Shown here: positions 43,763 to 53,698 of the stretch, piece after piece
How the letters are laid out: each line of letters begins with the position of its first letter
How positions within the stretch are numbered: position 1 is the stretch's first letter
Source of the DNA: Chloroflexota bacterium
Lineage (GTDB): Bacteria > Chloroflexota > Limnocylindria > Limnocylindrales > CSP1-4
Direction: 5' to 3'
DNA: 64,000 nucleotides
Assembly: GCA_003171255.1 (NCBI GenBank)
Contig: PMYK01000054.1
Span: 53,910 to 117,909, forward strand
Program-made: the position numbers and the translations under genes
The notes under the pieces: model-generated
What the model was told of the DNA's origin: nothing
What the model saw: only the letters and a program-made list of their open reading frames with translations
Database searches by the model: none

Positions 43763-46188
43763 CAACCTCGAACGCGCCACGAAACGTGGCAACCGAGGGC
43801 CTGGATCGCCGATCGCTGGCCATCCTGGAGTTTCCCCTGGTTCGGGCACGTCTCGCCGCCGCGACGGGGTTTCCGCCCGGGCGCCGTCTGGCGGAGAGTC
43901 TGGAACCGTCGACGGACCCGGTCGTCGTGGCCCAGGGCCTTGAAGAGACGTCCCAGACCCGGTCGTTCGTGTCCGGGCATCCGGGCGCGGGCATCGGCGG
44001 CAGCAAGGACATCGAACCGTGGATCGAGCGGGCCGCACGTGGCGGCCGCCTGGACCCCAACCACTTCCTTGACATTGCCGCGACGCTCGAGGCAGCGACC
44101 CGTCTCAGCGATGCGCTGAGCACGGAACGGCGGCCGCTTCTGCGCGACCTCGCGCGGGATATCCACGCCCTGCCGAGCCTTCGGAACGTGCTGCAGCGCA
44201 GCTTCGATCCCACCGGCGAGTTGCTCGATACGGCTTCGCCGCGCCTGGGCGGGATCCGGCGGGCCGTGAGAATTGCATACGAGCGCCTGCGCAGCCGTCT
44301 CGACCAGTTCATCCACTCAGGCGAGCTAGCCGGCTCGCTGCAGGAGCCGATCATCACCTTGCGCGGCGGTCGGTACGTGATCCCCATCCGGGCCGACTCC
44401 AAGGGCCGGGTCAAGGGCATCGTCCACGATGCTTCAGGCAGCGGCCAGACTCTGTTCGTGGAGCCGCTGGTGGCCGTGGAGCTGGGCAACGCCTGGCGTG
44501 AGGCCCAGGTGGCGGAGCGGGCCGAGATCGAGAGGATCCTCGACGATCTGTCGATGCAGGTCGCGGGTCAGACGGGCCCGCTGCGCGATACCCTCCACGC
44601 TCTGGCGCGGTTCGACTTCTGGTCCGCCAAGGCCCGTCTGGCCGATGAGATGGACGCTATACCCGCGGAGATCGCGAGCCGCTCGGAGATCGTTTTGCTC
44701 GGCGCCCGGCATCCCGGGCTATCGGGTCACGTCGTGCCGGTCGATGTCCGGCTCGGGGGCGAGTACACGGCCCTCCTGATAACGGGCCCGAACACGGGCG
44801 GCAAGACGGTGGCTCTGCGAACCCTCGGGCTGCTCAGCCTGATGCACCAATCGGGGCTGCACGTGCCGGCGGACACCGGAACGCGGCTGCCGGTCCTCGA
44901 CGACATCTACGCCGACATCGGCGACGAGCAATCGGTGGCCCAGTCGCTCTCGACGTTCAGCGGCCACATGCGATCGATCGTGCGCATCGTCGAGGCCGCT
45001 GGCCCGAACAAGCTGATCCTCCTCGACGAGCTCGGCGCCGGCACGGATCCGACCGAGGGATCGGCGCTGGCCCAGGCATTGCTGGACTACTTCATCAGAT
45101 CCGGCGCGCTCGTGGCCGCCACGACGCACTACGCGGAGCTCAAGCTTTATGCCCATACCACGCCGCAAGCCCGCAATGCATCGGTCGAGTTCGACGTCGA
45201 AACGCTCCGACCGACATACAAGCTGACCATCGGCCTGCCGGGCCAGAGCCAGGCCTTCGCGATCGCCGAGCGGCTCGGCCTGCCGGTGCCGATAGTGACC
45301 GAGGCCAGGTCACGCCTGACCGACGAGCAGCAGGCGTTCGAGGAGACGCTCGCCTCGATCAAGGCCACTCAGCTCGAGACGACCGAGGCCCTGGCTGCGG
45401 CTCGAGTGGCCGAGGAGCGGGCAAGGACCGCACTGGCAGCGGCCGATGACGAACGACGCCGCGCCCGGCGTGAGCGCGACGAATCCGTCAAGACAGCCCG
45501 CGACGAAGCCGAGCGCATGGTGGACGACGTGCGAGCCGAGGTCCGAGGCATCCGCCGCAAGCTCGAGCGCGAGACGGTCACGCAGCGAGGTCTCGATGAG
45601 GACCTGGCACGGGCAAGCGGTTTCGTCGAGCGACTTCCGGAGGCCGAACTTGAGCCGGCCCGCGTTGCCGCGTCCGCCGACCCGATCGCCTGGCGGATCG
45701 GAATGCGGGCTCGAACGCGCACCGGCGGCGTCGAAGGCCGAATCGCAGCCCTCGAAAAGGGCGGACGTCGGGCGACCCTCGAGGCCGGCGGACTTCGGAT
45801 CACGGTCGCCGTTGACGACCTCGAGCCGGCCGTGGGCGGCGACGATACCGCTCGACCGGCCATGGGCTCCCGATCAACAGCAACTGCCCAGTCTTCGGCC
45901 GCGCTGACGGGCTCTGCCTCGCGTCTGCAGATGGACCGGGCACGGACCGTCGCGTCGTCGCTCGACCTGCGCGGGGCAAAAGTGCAGGAAGCGATCGAGG
46001 TTCTCGACCGCTACCTCGACGACGCGTCGCTCGCCGGCCTGGACCAGACCACGGTCATTCACGGTCTCGGCACGGGCGCTCTTCGCGACGCAGTGCGTGA
46101 GCATGCAGGCGGGCATCCTCTCGTCAAGTCGTGGCGTCCGGGCGACCGAGGCGAGGGCGGAGATGGGGCTACGATAGTGAGCCTCTGA
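43759..46188 (+). CDS. mutS2: Endonuclease MutS2 (MutS domain V + Smr)
   Basis: GTG 43759 overlaps the mpg TGA. Walker A ITGPNTGGKT, DELGAGTDP, and a C-terminal Smr domain LDLRGAKVQEAIEVLDRYLD...VIHGLGTGALR. Confidence 0.9.
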   Translation: MTTSNAPRNVATEGLDRRSLAILEFPLVRARLAAATGFPPGRRLAESLEPSTDPVVVAQGLEETSQTRSFVSGHPGAGIGGSKDIEPWIERAARGGRLDPNHFLDIAATLEAATRLSDALSTERRPLLRDLARDIHALPSLRNVLQRSFDPTGELLDTASPRLGGIRRAVRIAYERLRSRLDQFIHSGELAGSLQEPIITLRGGRYVIPIRADSKGRVKGIVHDASGSGQTLFVEPLVAVELGNAWREAQVAERAEIERILDDLSMQVAGQTGPLRDTLHALARFDFWSAKARLADEMDAIPAEIASRSEIVLLGARHPGLSGHVVPVDVRLGGEYTALLITGPNTGGKTVALRTLGLLSLMHQSGLHVPADTGTRLPVLDDIYADIGDEQSVAQSLSTFSGHMRSIVRIVEAAGPNKLILLDELGAGTDPTEGSALAQALLDYFIRSGALVAATTHYAELKLYAHTTPQARNASVEFDVETLRPTYKLTIGLPGQSQAFAIAERLGLPVPIVTEARSRLTDEQQAFEETLASIKATQLETTEALAAARVAEERARTALAAADDERRRARRERDESVKTARDEAERMVDDVRAEVRGIRRKLERETVTQRGLDEDLARASGFVERLPEAELEPARVAASADPIAWRIGMRARTRTGGVEGRIAALEKGGRRATLEAGGLRITVAVDDLEPAVGGDDTARPAMGSRSTATAQSSAALTGSASRLQMDRARTVASSLDLRGAKVQEAIEVLDRYLDDASLAGLDQTTVIHGLGTGALRDAVREHAGGHPLVKSWRPGDRGEGGDGATIVSL

Positions 46189-46352
46189 TTGGGTGTCTTC
46201 CGGTCGACTGGTCCTACGTCCGAGTCGGGCCGGGGTCGGCGATAGGGGAGCCCGGGCGGGAGAAGGTCGGCAGGACCGAGCTGCGGGGTGCGACAATCGC
46301 CATCGAGGACGCCGCCCGCCCGCGGCGCGACCCGGTGGAGGAGTGACTGAGC

Positions 46353-47459
46353 TTGGCGACGAGCCCGAAGGGCCGCAACGTGTCCAGGGCGCTTCGAGTT
46401 GTCGACGCGACCGACTGGGAGCCGTCGGCGTGGAACGACCTGGCGGTGCGGAGCCCAATGGGGGAGGCATTTCAGTCGCATGCCTGGGGCGAGCTGAAGC
46501 GGGGCCTCGGCTGGACTCCGCTGCGGTATGTCATCGAGCTCGACGACAAGCCTATTGCCGTGGTCTCCATACAGGAGCGGCCGCTGCGTCGCCGAGGCGG
46601 CCCCTTCCGCCGGTTCCGGATCCACTACGCGCCCCGCGGTCCCGTCCTCCTGACGACCACGCCTGAGGCGATCAGCGCGGCACTCGACGGCATTCGCAGC
46701 ATCGCCCGAACACGCCACTCGGTCGCGTTCACGATCGACCCGACCTGGGAAGAAGGGAGCCCCCCGGCTCTCGCCCTGGAAGGAGCTGGCTTCCACACTG
46801 CCGCCCGAGACGTCCAGGTGTCGCGTACGGCGATGATCGTGCCCCTGGAGGCGTCTGAGGCGGCCCAGCGCGATCTCCTGGGGCATACGACCCACGCCGA
46901 CATCAATCGGGCCATCTCGTTGGGCGTGACGACCGAGCGGGTCGACCTGACCGACGAGGCCGCGCGGGAGCCCGCCCTCGCCGCCTTCTACGACATCCAC
47001 GCAGTGACGGGCAAGCGCGAGGGGTTCATCGTTCGCGATCGCGACTACGAGCTCGAGCAGTGGCGCCAGCTCGGTGAGTCGGGCGTCGCCAGCCTCTGGT
47101 TCGCGGGGCTGGAAGGCCGGGACACCGGGGCGTTGCTGCTGCACAGCGGGCAACTACTCGTCTACTTTGCGGCAGGATCCCGCGACGGCGCCGACATGCG
47201 CCGCACTCGTGCCAACCACCTGCTGCAGTGGCAAATCATCCGCTGGGCGGCTGAGGTGGGCTTCACGGGCTACGACATGGGCGGAGTCGATACCCAGTCG
47301 TCGCCGGGCGTGCCCCAGGACCAGTCGCATCCGCTCTGGAACCTCTACATGTTCAAGCGCCGTTTCGGGGCCAAACCACTCGTGCGCATTCGGGCCCACG
47401 AGTTCGCCCCGAACCGGGTCCTTGGAGCAGGCTGGCGGCTGGCCAGGCGTTTCCGATGA
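46353..47459 (+). CDS. FemAB-family peptidoglycan interpeptide-bridge aminoacyltransferase
   Basis: FQSHAWGELKRGLGW, HLLQWQIIRWAAEVGFTGYDMGG, LYMFKRRFGAKP. TTG start; GTG 46380 is an alternative. Confidence 0.8.
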   Translation: MATSPKGRNVSRALRVVDATDWEPSAWNDLAVRSPMGEAFQSHAWGELKRGLGWTPLRYVIELDDKPIAVVSIQERPLRRRGGPFRRFRIHYAPRGPVLLTTTPEAISAALDGIRSIARTRHSVAFTIDPTWEEGSPPALALEGAGFHTAARDVQVSRTAMIVPLEASEAAQRDLLGHTTHADINRAISLGVTTERVDLTDEAAREPALAAFYDIHAVTGKREGFIVRDRDYELEQWRQLGESGVASLWFAGLEGRDTGALLLHSGQLLVYFAAGSRDGADMRRTRANHLLQWQIIRWAAEVGFTGYDMGGVDTQSSPGVPQDQSHPLWNLYMFKRRFGAKPLVRIRAHEFAPNRVLGAGWRLARRFR

Positions 47460-49318
47460 GCGCCGACAGGCCCACGACCAATGGTTCGCCCGACGATGCG
47501 CCCGAGTCGCCGCGTCAGCACGGCTGGCAGCCCCGCAACTTGATCCCGAGCCGGCTACGAGGCACTCCAAGTCAGCCGGAGCCATCTTCCGGTTTTGTCG
47601 CGCCGCCCGTGGCGCTACCCCCTCAGGTGGGCCGCCGGCCCATGCCGCCACCCGAGGCCGTGGCAGGGGACGTCGTGCTGACCGCCGACATGGCCACCTC
47701 CGATCTCTCTGTCGCGTCGGCGTCGCGGCTCGGAGGCCGTGGAATCGCGCTTGCCGGCCTGGTCGTGGTTGCGGGCGTGGTCCTGTCGCGGCTCATCGGC
47801 TGGTTCCGGACCGCCGTCTTCCTGGCCCAGTTCGGCGGAACCAGCTCACCCCTGGATGCCTTCTACGCCGCCTTCCGGATCCCCGACACGCTCTTCCAGC
47901 TGGTGGCCGCGGGGGCCGTGGGCTCGGCCCTGGTTCCGGTGGCCTCGGCTCTTCTTGCCGGCGGAGAAGCCGAGCGCGCCCGACGACTCGTCTCGACGAT
48001 CGCCAACTTGATGGTCCTGGCGCTCATTCCTCTGGCGGTGGTCGTATGGATTGCGGCCCCGGCGATCGTGCCCGTGATCGCCAAGCCCAAGGACCCGGCT
48101 CAGCTCGACCTGGTGATTGGGCTGACCAGGGTGATGCTTCTCTCGCCAATGCTGCTTGCCGTCGGAGCCGTCATGACCGCGGGCCTCAACTCGCTTGGCA
48201 TCTTCGGAGCCCCGGCGATGGCCCCCAACGTCTACAACATCGGGATCATCGTGTGCGCCGTTGTCCTCGCTCCTTTCCTGGGCATCTACGCCCTGGCTAT
48301 CGGCGTGGTTGTGGGATCGGCCGGCCTCGTGCTCACGCAGGCCACGGCAGTTCGTCGCTCGCGCCTCTACCAGCCTGAGATCCACATTCACGATCCCGCC
48401 GTCCGTGAGACTCTGAAGCTGATGGCGCCGCGCGCCCTGGGTCTGGGTGTCACCCAGCTGGTCTTTCTGGTGAACACCTACTTCGCCCAGAGTCTTGCCA
48501 GCGACGGCGGGCTGACTGCCTATACCACCGCGTTTACCACTCTGCAGATCCCAATCGGCTTGATCGGCGTGCCGCTCGGGATCATCCTGCTGCCCCCGCT
48601 GTCGCGCGCGGTCGCTCAGGGCGACGACGAGCGCTTCCGCAGATTGGTCGACCAGTCGCTTCGGCTGCTGCTCTTTGTCGTCGTGCCTTTGATGGGTTTC
48701 ATGCTCGTCCTGGCCGCTCCGACGATTGCGTTCCTCTATCAGCACGGGTCGTTCACCGCGCAGAGCACGGCGACTTACACGCCGATCTACGAGGTGTTTC
48801 TCCTCGGCCTCGTGGCGCACGTGCTCATCGCCCTGATGGCCCCGATCTTCTACGCGGGCAAGGACACGCGAACCCCGGTCACGGCGGCGCTCCTGGCCGT
48901 GGCGGTTGACGTGATCGCTGCAGTGGTCCTGTTCCCGTTCTTCCATCTGGCAGGCCTTGCTCTTGCGATCGGACTGGGCGCGTGGGCGGAGGTCATCCTC
49001 CTGGTTGCGTTCATGGAGAGGCGGATCGGTTTTGACCTGCGACCGATGGCCCGCCACGCGGTCTCGTTCGCCGCGGGAGCTTGCGTTGCCTCGGCGGCCG
49101 CCTACCTGGTGGCGCGCTACGTGGAGGGCTCAATGGGCGGGCCATCGTCGTTCGTGGCGCAGTTCCTGGAGCTGGCCGCGGGCGGACTGGTTGGGCTGGC
49201 GGTCTACGTGGCGTGGGCGCGCGTGTTCCGTCTGCCCGAGCTCAGCGCGTCGGTCAACCTGGCGAGGGTCCTCGTGGGACGGAGGGGACCCGCCCGAACG
49301 GAGCCGCTGGACGGCTAG
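47456..49318 (+). CDS. murJ: Lipid II flippase MurJ with ~90-aa Pro-rich N-terminal extension
   Basis: ATG overlaps the upstream TGA. VLSRLIGWFRTAVFLAQFG, RIPDTLFQL, ~14 TMs. Alternative internal start at ATG 47690. Confidence 0.85.
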   Translation: MSADRPTTNGSPDDAPESPRQHGWQPRNLIPSRLRGTPSQPEPSSGFVAPPVALPPQVGRRPMPPPEAVAGDVVLTADMATSDLSVASASRLGGRGIALAGLVVVAGVVLSRLIGWFRTAVFLAQFGGTSSPLDAFYAAFRIPDTLFQLVAAGAVGSALVPVASALLAGGEAERARRLVSTIANLMVLALIPLAVVVWIAAPAIVPVIAKPKDPAQLDLVIGLTRVMLLSPMLLAVGAVMTAGLNSLGIFGAPAMAPNVYNIGIIVCAVVLAPFLGIYALAIGVVVGSAGLVLTQATAVRRSRLYQPEIHIHDPAVRETLKLMAPRALGLGVTQLVFLVNTYFAQSLASDGGLTAYTTAFTTLQIPIGLIGVPLGIILLPPLSRAVAQGDDERFRRLVDQSLRLLLFVVVPLMGFMLVLAAPTIAFLYQHGSFTAQSTATYTPIYEVFLLGLVAHVLIALMAPIFYAGKDTRTPVTAALLAVAVDVIAAVVLFPFFHLAGLALAIGLGAWAEVILLVAFMERRIGFDLRPMARHAVSFAAGACVASAAAYLVARYVEGSMGGPSSFVAQFLELAAGGLVGLAVYVAWARVFRLPELSASVNLARVLVGRRGPARTEPLDG

Positions 49319-49336
49319 CAGCCAATTCGAGCGTCG

Positions 49337-52273
49337 TCAGCCGCGGGGAGAGCGCCATGACATACGCTTCTTGCGTCCGCCAGGTCGCCCTCGCCACGAC
49401 AGCATCAGCGGCGCCAGCAGCAAGGCCGGGGACGCGGGCAACGGCGGCGGAGTATCAGACGACGGGGGAGCAATCGGCGTCGGCGGGGGCGTGGGGGTCG
49501 GGGCAGGTATGTAAGTCGGCGCCGGCGTTGGCGTCGGCTCCGGCGTGGGAGCTGGCGTTTCTGTCGGCTCCGGCGTGGGCGAAGGGCTCGGCGATGGTGG
49601 CGGCGTCCCGGTGTTCGAGGTGCAGGAGGTCGTTGGCGGGAAGTCCGCCCCCCAGGTCTTGCCGAAAGGCGTCCAGAAGCCAGTTTGGTAGAAGTACATC
49701 GTGGCGCCGTTGTTCGGACCGCCTCTCACGCCGACGCCCGTCTGCGCCCTGGCCACCCAGATCTGGTCGTACTTCTGCCAGTCTGGACGAGTCGCGTCCA
49801 CCTGACTGAAGTCCAGGAAGCCCTTCGTCTCCTTGACGCCCGGACAGTCGTACGTCCAGAGAGTGTTGGAGACGGTGTCGACGTCGACCGGAGTCTTGGT
49901 CGTATCGACCTGGGTTGGGACAGTGCCGTTGACGAAGACCTCGCGAACGGTTTGAGTCGTATACGGGCCCGGCAGCATCCCGCTGTTGGCATCGACGTTG
50001 GCCCATGTCACGCCGTCCGGTTGGACGAAGTCGGTGACCGGCGTCTTGGTCGTGACGTCCTGCATGAAGCCGTGCCATATCGGCGCGGCCATTTCGAGCG
50101 ACATGACGCTATGGCCGGGGGCCCTGTCGCTGTTGCCGGCCCACACGCCCGCGACGATCGCCGGAGCACTTGGATCGGTTGGCGGCGCGACGTAACCGAC
50201 CGCGAACAGATCCTCGGTCTGGTCACTGGTGCCTGTCTTGAGTGTTGCCGGGCGGCGGGTATTGCCAGACATCAGCTTGTACTGGCTCCACCAGTTGTTC
50301 TGGGCGGGGTCCGTGTTGCCGGCGAGAATGTTCGTCATCACGTACGTCGCCGGCGGGGTCGACGGGTGGGTAACCGTCGGCGCCTGCAACCGGGTCGCGT
50401 TGCCCTTCGCGTCGGTGATCGACAGAATCATGTTTCGTTGGACCAGCGTCCCGCCATCGGCGATCGCGCCATAGGCCGACACCAGATCGGCCGGGTGGAC
50501 CTCAACAGTGCCGACGCCCACCGAAACGCCCGGGTTGGAGCCAGGCGGGAATGTCAGTCCGAAGTCCTGAGCGCGCGACATCACCCGCGGAACGGTGTTG
50601 ATCGCCGCGGCCTTCACAGCGGGGATGTTCAGCGAATACTGGAGTGCTTCGCGGACGCGGACCGGACCTCGTTCAAAGCCGTCCGCATCGTGGGGTATGT
50701 ACCCGCCGCCAAAGTCCGTAGCCACATCCATCAACATCGAGGCTGCGGTCAGCGAGCCGTCCTGGATCCCGATCAGGTAGTTGATCGGCTTGAAGGCCGA
50801 ACCCGGCTGACGCCCGATGCCGGACGACAGGACGTCGTACTCGGGGTCGAAGTAGTCCTGGCCTGCCTTAGCCGGATCCTTGACCGTATTCTCGTAGAAG
50901 CCGGCGCTGCCGGCGTAGGTCAGGACCTGACCCGTTCGATAGTCGACGGCGATCAGAGATCCGTTGTGGATGTTGCCGTTGCGCAGCCCGACGCTGCTCG
51001 TCGAGCTGGGGCCGATGATCCGCGAGTAGTCGTATGAGTCCGTCTTGGGGGTGATGCCGAGGTCGGCGAGATAGGCGATGTCGGCGGCTGCGGTGGTCTG
51101 GTTCGGGCCGAAGACGTAGGCACTCAGCCACTTCTCGGCCGATTGCTGCATCGAGACGTCGAGCGTCGTGATTACCTTGTACCCGCCCGTGTCCACCTGC
51201 TCGCAGTCGGCCGGATCGGTGCCCTGGCCGCAGAACAGATCCGCGAGCTGCTGCCGGACCATCAGGTCGAATTGCGGAGCGATCATCCGCGGCTGTGAGG
51301 CCGGGTGAAGGATGACCTGCTCGGCCTCGGCCTGGAGGAGTTCGGCGTCGCTGTACTTGCCCCTCAGCAGACCATCCTGGTTGTCGCGTCGCATCTCCTC
51401 GAGGATCGTGTTGCGCCGTTCGACGATGGGAGTGTTGGCGGCCACGAGCCAGGTGCCGTTAGCAAGCGGGTCGGCGTTCGCGACCAGGTCGTAGGCCGAG
51501 GGCGCCTGGAGGATGGCCGCCAGGATCGCAGCCTGGGCGATGGTGAGCTTGCTCAGGTCGGTGACGCTGAAGTAGCCCTGGGCCGCCGCGGCGATGCCGT
51601 AGCTCTGGTTGCCGTAGAAGTTGAGGTTCAGATAGGCCGTGATGATGGCCTGCTTACCCTCGACGCCCGGGAACTCCTGCGTCAATCGGACCGACTGGAT
51701 GATCTCCTTGATCTTGCGATCCAGGGTGCTCGTCGTCGGCGGCAAGAGCTTCTGCCTGACCAGCTGCTGGGTGATCGTCGATGCCCCGCGCGGACGGCCG
51801 GAGATGGCGTCGCGTAGAGCCGCCAGGACCGCGGCCGGGTCGAAGCCGGTGTTCGTCCAGAAGGTCTTGTCCTCGGTGCTGGTGGTCGTATCGAGCACCA
51901 CGTCGGGAATCTCGGAGAAGTTCAGGACGCGACGGTTCTCGGACCCGAAGGCCGCCAGCCGGATGGTGCCGGTTCGGTCGTATAGCACCGTCTGCTGGCT
52001 GAGGTCGAGGCTCTCGAGCTTCTGTTTCGGATCCTCGAGGTCCTTGCTGTAGGCCGAATAGACCTCGACCGTCCCGGCGAAGGCGACCAGGCTGAGCGTA
52101 AAGAACGACCCCAGCAGGAAGATGGGGAGGATGAGAGCGAGGCCGCGGCCGGCGCCGCCTCCGGGGCGGCGGGCGCCCGAGCGGCTGTGGCGACGGCGTT
52201 CGCGGCGGGCGAGGCTGGTCTGCATGGCGGCTCGCAAGATAGCATAGGTGAACAGGCGGACATTCCACCCCAT
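49337..52273 (-). CDS. Class A penicillin-binding protein (GT51 transglycosylase + transpeptidase) with long C-terminal extension
   Basis: EDKTFWTNTGFD and RGASTITQQLVRQ (GT51); GSAFKP (SxxK). The ORF is open to 52330, but that would abut the tyrS RBS and ATG. ATG 52273 (GAAGG upstream) is preferred; 52225 is also possible. Confidence 0.85.
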   Translation of the reverse strand: MGWNVRLFTYAILRAAMQTSLARRERRRHSRSGARRPGGGAGRGLALILPIFLLGSFFTLSLVAFAGTVEVYSAYSKDLEDPKQKLESLDLSQQTVLYDRTGTIRLAAFGSENRRVLNFSEIPDVVLDTTTSTEDKTFWTNTGFDPAAVLAALRDAISGRPRGASTITQQLVRQKLLPPTTSTLDRKIKEIIQSVRLTQEFPGVEGKQAIITAYLNLNFYGNQSYGIAAAAQGYFSVTDLSKLTIAQAAILAAILQAPSAYDLVANADPLANGTWLVAANTPIVERRNTILEEMRRDNQDGLLRGKYSDAELLQAEAEQVILHPASQPRMIAPQFDLMVRQQLADLFCGQGTDPADCEQVDTGGYKVITTLDVSMQQSAEKWLSAYVFGPNQTTAAADIAYLADLGITPKTDSYDYSRIIGPSSTSSVGLRNGNIHNGSLIAVDYRTGQVLTYAGSAGFYENTVKDPAKAGQDYFDPEYDVLSSGIGRQPGSAFKPINYLIGIQDGSLTAASMLMDVATDFGGGYIPHDADGFERGPVRVREALQYSLNIPAVKAAAINTVPRVMSRAQDFGLTFPPGSNPGVSVGVGTVEVHPADLVSAYGAIADGGTLVQRNMILSITDAKGNATRLQAPTVTHPSTPPATYVMTNILAGNTDPAQNNWWSQYKLMSGNTRRPATLKTGTSDQTEDLFAVGYVAPPTDPSAPAIVAGVWAGNSDRAPGHSVMSLEMAAPIWHGFMQDVTTKTPVTDFVQPDGVTWANVDANSGMLPGPYTTQTVREVFVNGTVPTQVDTTKTPVDVDTVSNTLWTYDCPGVKETKGFLDFSQVDATRPDWQKYDQIWVARAQTGVGVRGGPNNGATMYFYQTGFWTPFGKTWGADFPPTTSCTSNTGTPPPSPSPSPTPEPTETPAPTPEPTPTPAPTYIPAPTPTPPPTPIAPPSSDTPPPLPASPALLLAPLMLSWRGRPGGRKKRMSWRSPRG

Positions 52274-52333
52274 CCCGCCGGCCTTCGGACGCGCAGGTGC
52301 CCGACGGCGTGACGACAAGGAGCGGATCAAGCG

Positions 52334-53659
52334 ATGACTCTGGCAGGCGGAACCGAAGAGGCCAATCGCTCAACATCTTCAGCCGGGCTGCCAGGTCTGC
52401 TCGACGAGCTGCGCTGGCGAGGCATGCTGCATCAGATCAGCGGCGGCCTGGAGGAGCGTCTCGCCACCGGCACGCCGATCAAGGGCTACAACGGCTTCGA
52501 CCCGACCGGCTCCTCACTCCACATCGGCAGTCTCGTCCCGATCTTCGGCATGATCCACCTCCAGCGCGCCGGCGGGACGCCCATCGCGCTGGTGGGCGGC
52601 GGGACCGCGATGATCGGCGACCCGTCCGGGCGATCAGCCGAACGGCTGCTGCTCAGCCGGCCGATTGTCGAGGAGAACATCGTCGGCATCCAGAACCAGC
52701 TGACACGGTTCCTAGACTTCGATGGCCCCAACGGTGCCGAGGTCGTCGACAACTACGAGTGGCTGAGTTCGTACTCGCTATTGCGGTTCCTGCGCGACAT
52801 CGGCAAGCACCTAACGGTGCCGTACATGCTGGCCAAGGACTCGGTCCAGATCCGTCTCGATGCCGGGCTGAGTTTTACCGAATTCAGCTACATGCTCCTG
52901 CAGGCGGCCGACTTCCTGCACCTGTACCGCGTCGGCGGGGTCGAGCTGCAGATGGGTGGCGCCGACCAGTGGGGCAACATCACTGCCGGCCTCGAGCTGA
53001 TACGCAAGGAGTTCGGGGCGGGCGACGGCCAGGATCTGGCCTACGCCCTCAGCTACCCGCTGCTGACCAACGAGAGCGGGGCCAAGTACGGCAAGACTGC
53101 CGCCGGCACGAGCGTCTGGCTCGACCCGGCCAGGACGAGCCCGTTCGCCTTCTACCAGTACTGGCTCGACGGGGACGACCGAGACGTCGGCAAGTATCTG
53201 CGCACCTTCACGCTGTTCGACCGGGCGAAGATCCTTGACCTCGAGGCCCAGCAGGCCGCTCATCCCGAGACTCGAGTTGCGCAGAAGGCGGTCGGGTACG
53301 ACCTGACAGCCCGGGTTCACGGCGACGCCGCCGCTCGCAATGCCGTCCGGCTGAGTGAGGCCGCGTTCTCGAAGGATCCGATCCGCGACGCAGACGTGCT
53401 CGATGGGCTCTTCGCGGAAATCGACCACTTCGAGTTCGCGGCCGAGGACGTGGCGGGCGGCGCGCTGCGCCTGGCGATCGTGAGTGGGCTCTACTCCTCC
53501 AACGGAGACGCTCGCCGGGCCATAACGCAGGGCGGGCTGTCCATCAACGACGAACGGTTGAAGACACCCGAAGATGCCGTTCCCCAGCCGATTGCTGGAC
53601 GCTTCCTGGTCCTGAGGGCCGGCAAGAAGAGCATCAAGATCGGGCGGCTCAAGAGCTGA
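52334..53659 (+). CDS. tyrS: Tyrosyl-tRNA synthetase
   Basis: RBS AAGGAG. LLDELRWRGML, GFDPTGSSLHIGSL (HIGH region), KYGKT (KMSKS region), C-terminal S4 domain. Confidence 0.95.
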   Translation: MTLAGGTEEANRSTSSAGLPGLLDELRWRGMLHQISGGLEERLATGTPIKGYNGFDPTGSSLHIGSLVPIFGMIHLQRAGGTPIALVGGGTAMIGDPSGRSAERLLLSRPIVEENIVGIQNQLTRFLDFDGPNGAEVVDNYEWLSSYSLLRFLRDIGKHLTVPYMLAKDSVQIRLDAGLSFTEFSYMLLQAADFLHLYRVGGVELQMGGADQWGNITAGLELIRKEFGAGDGQDLAYALSYPLLTNESGAKYGKTAAGTSVWLDPARTSPFAFYQYWLDGDDRDVGKYLRTFTLFDRAKILDLEAQQAAHPETRVAQKAVGYDLTARVHGDAAARNAVRLSEAAFSKDPIRDADVLDGLFAEIDHFEFAAEDVAGGALRLAIVSGLYSSNGDARRAITQGGLSINDERLKTPEDAVPQPIAGRFLVLRAGKKSIKIGRLKS

Positions 53660-53698
53660 ACCTGGTCACGCTCGTTACGAGACCGGCCCTCAGAGTCG

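Noticed and set aside
46059-49057. 364-aa and 403-aa minus-strand ORFs (46059..47153, 47846..49057)
   Set aside because: They lie antisense to the FemAB-like gene and murJ. No motifs.
49337-49420. LPXTG-type sortase signal at the PBP C-terminus (LPASP + hydrophobic + KKR)
   Set aside because: The motif does not fit LPXTG. The hydrophobic stretch is only ~11 residues, and no sortase gene is nearby.
49685-51037. 450-aa plus-strand ORF
   Set aside because: It lies antisense to the PBP gene, whose GT51 and SxxK motifs are clear.
52226-52333. Looked for a T-box upstream of tyrS
   Set aside because: No GGTGGNACCGCG-type element is present, and only about 60-110 nt of space lies before the divergent PBP gene. 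tyrS has a plain AAGGAG RBS.
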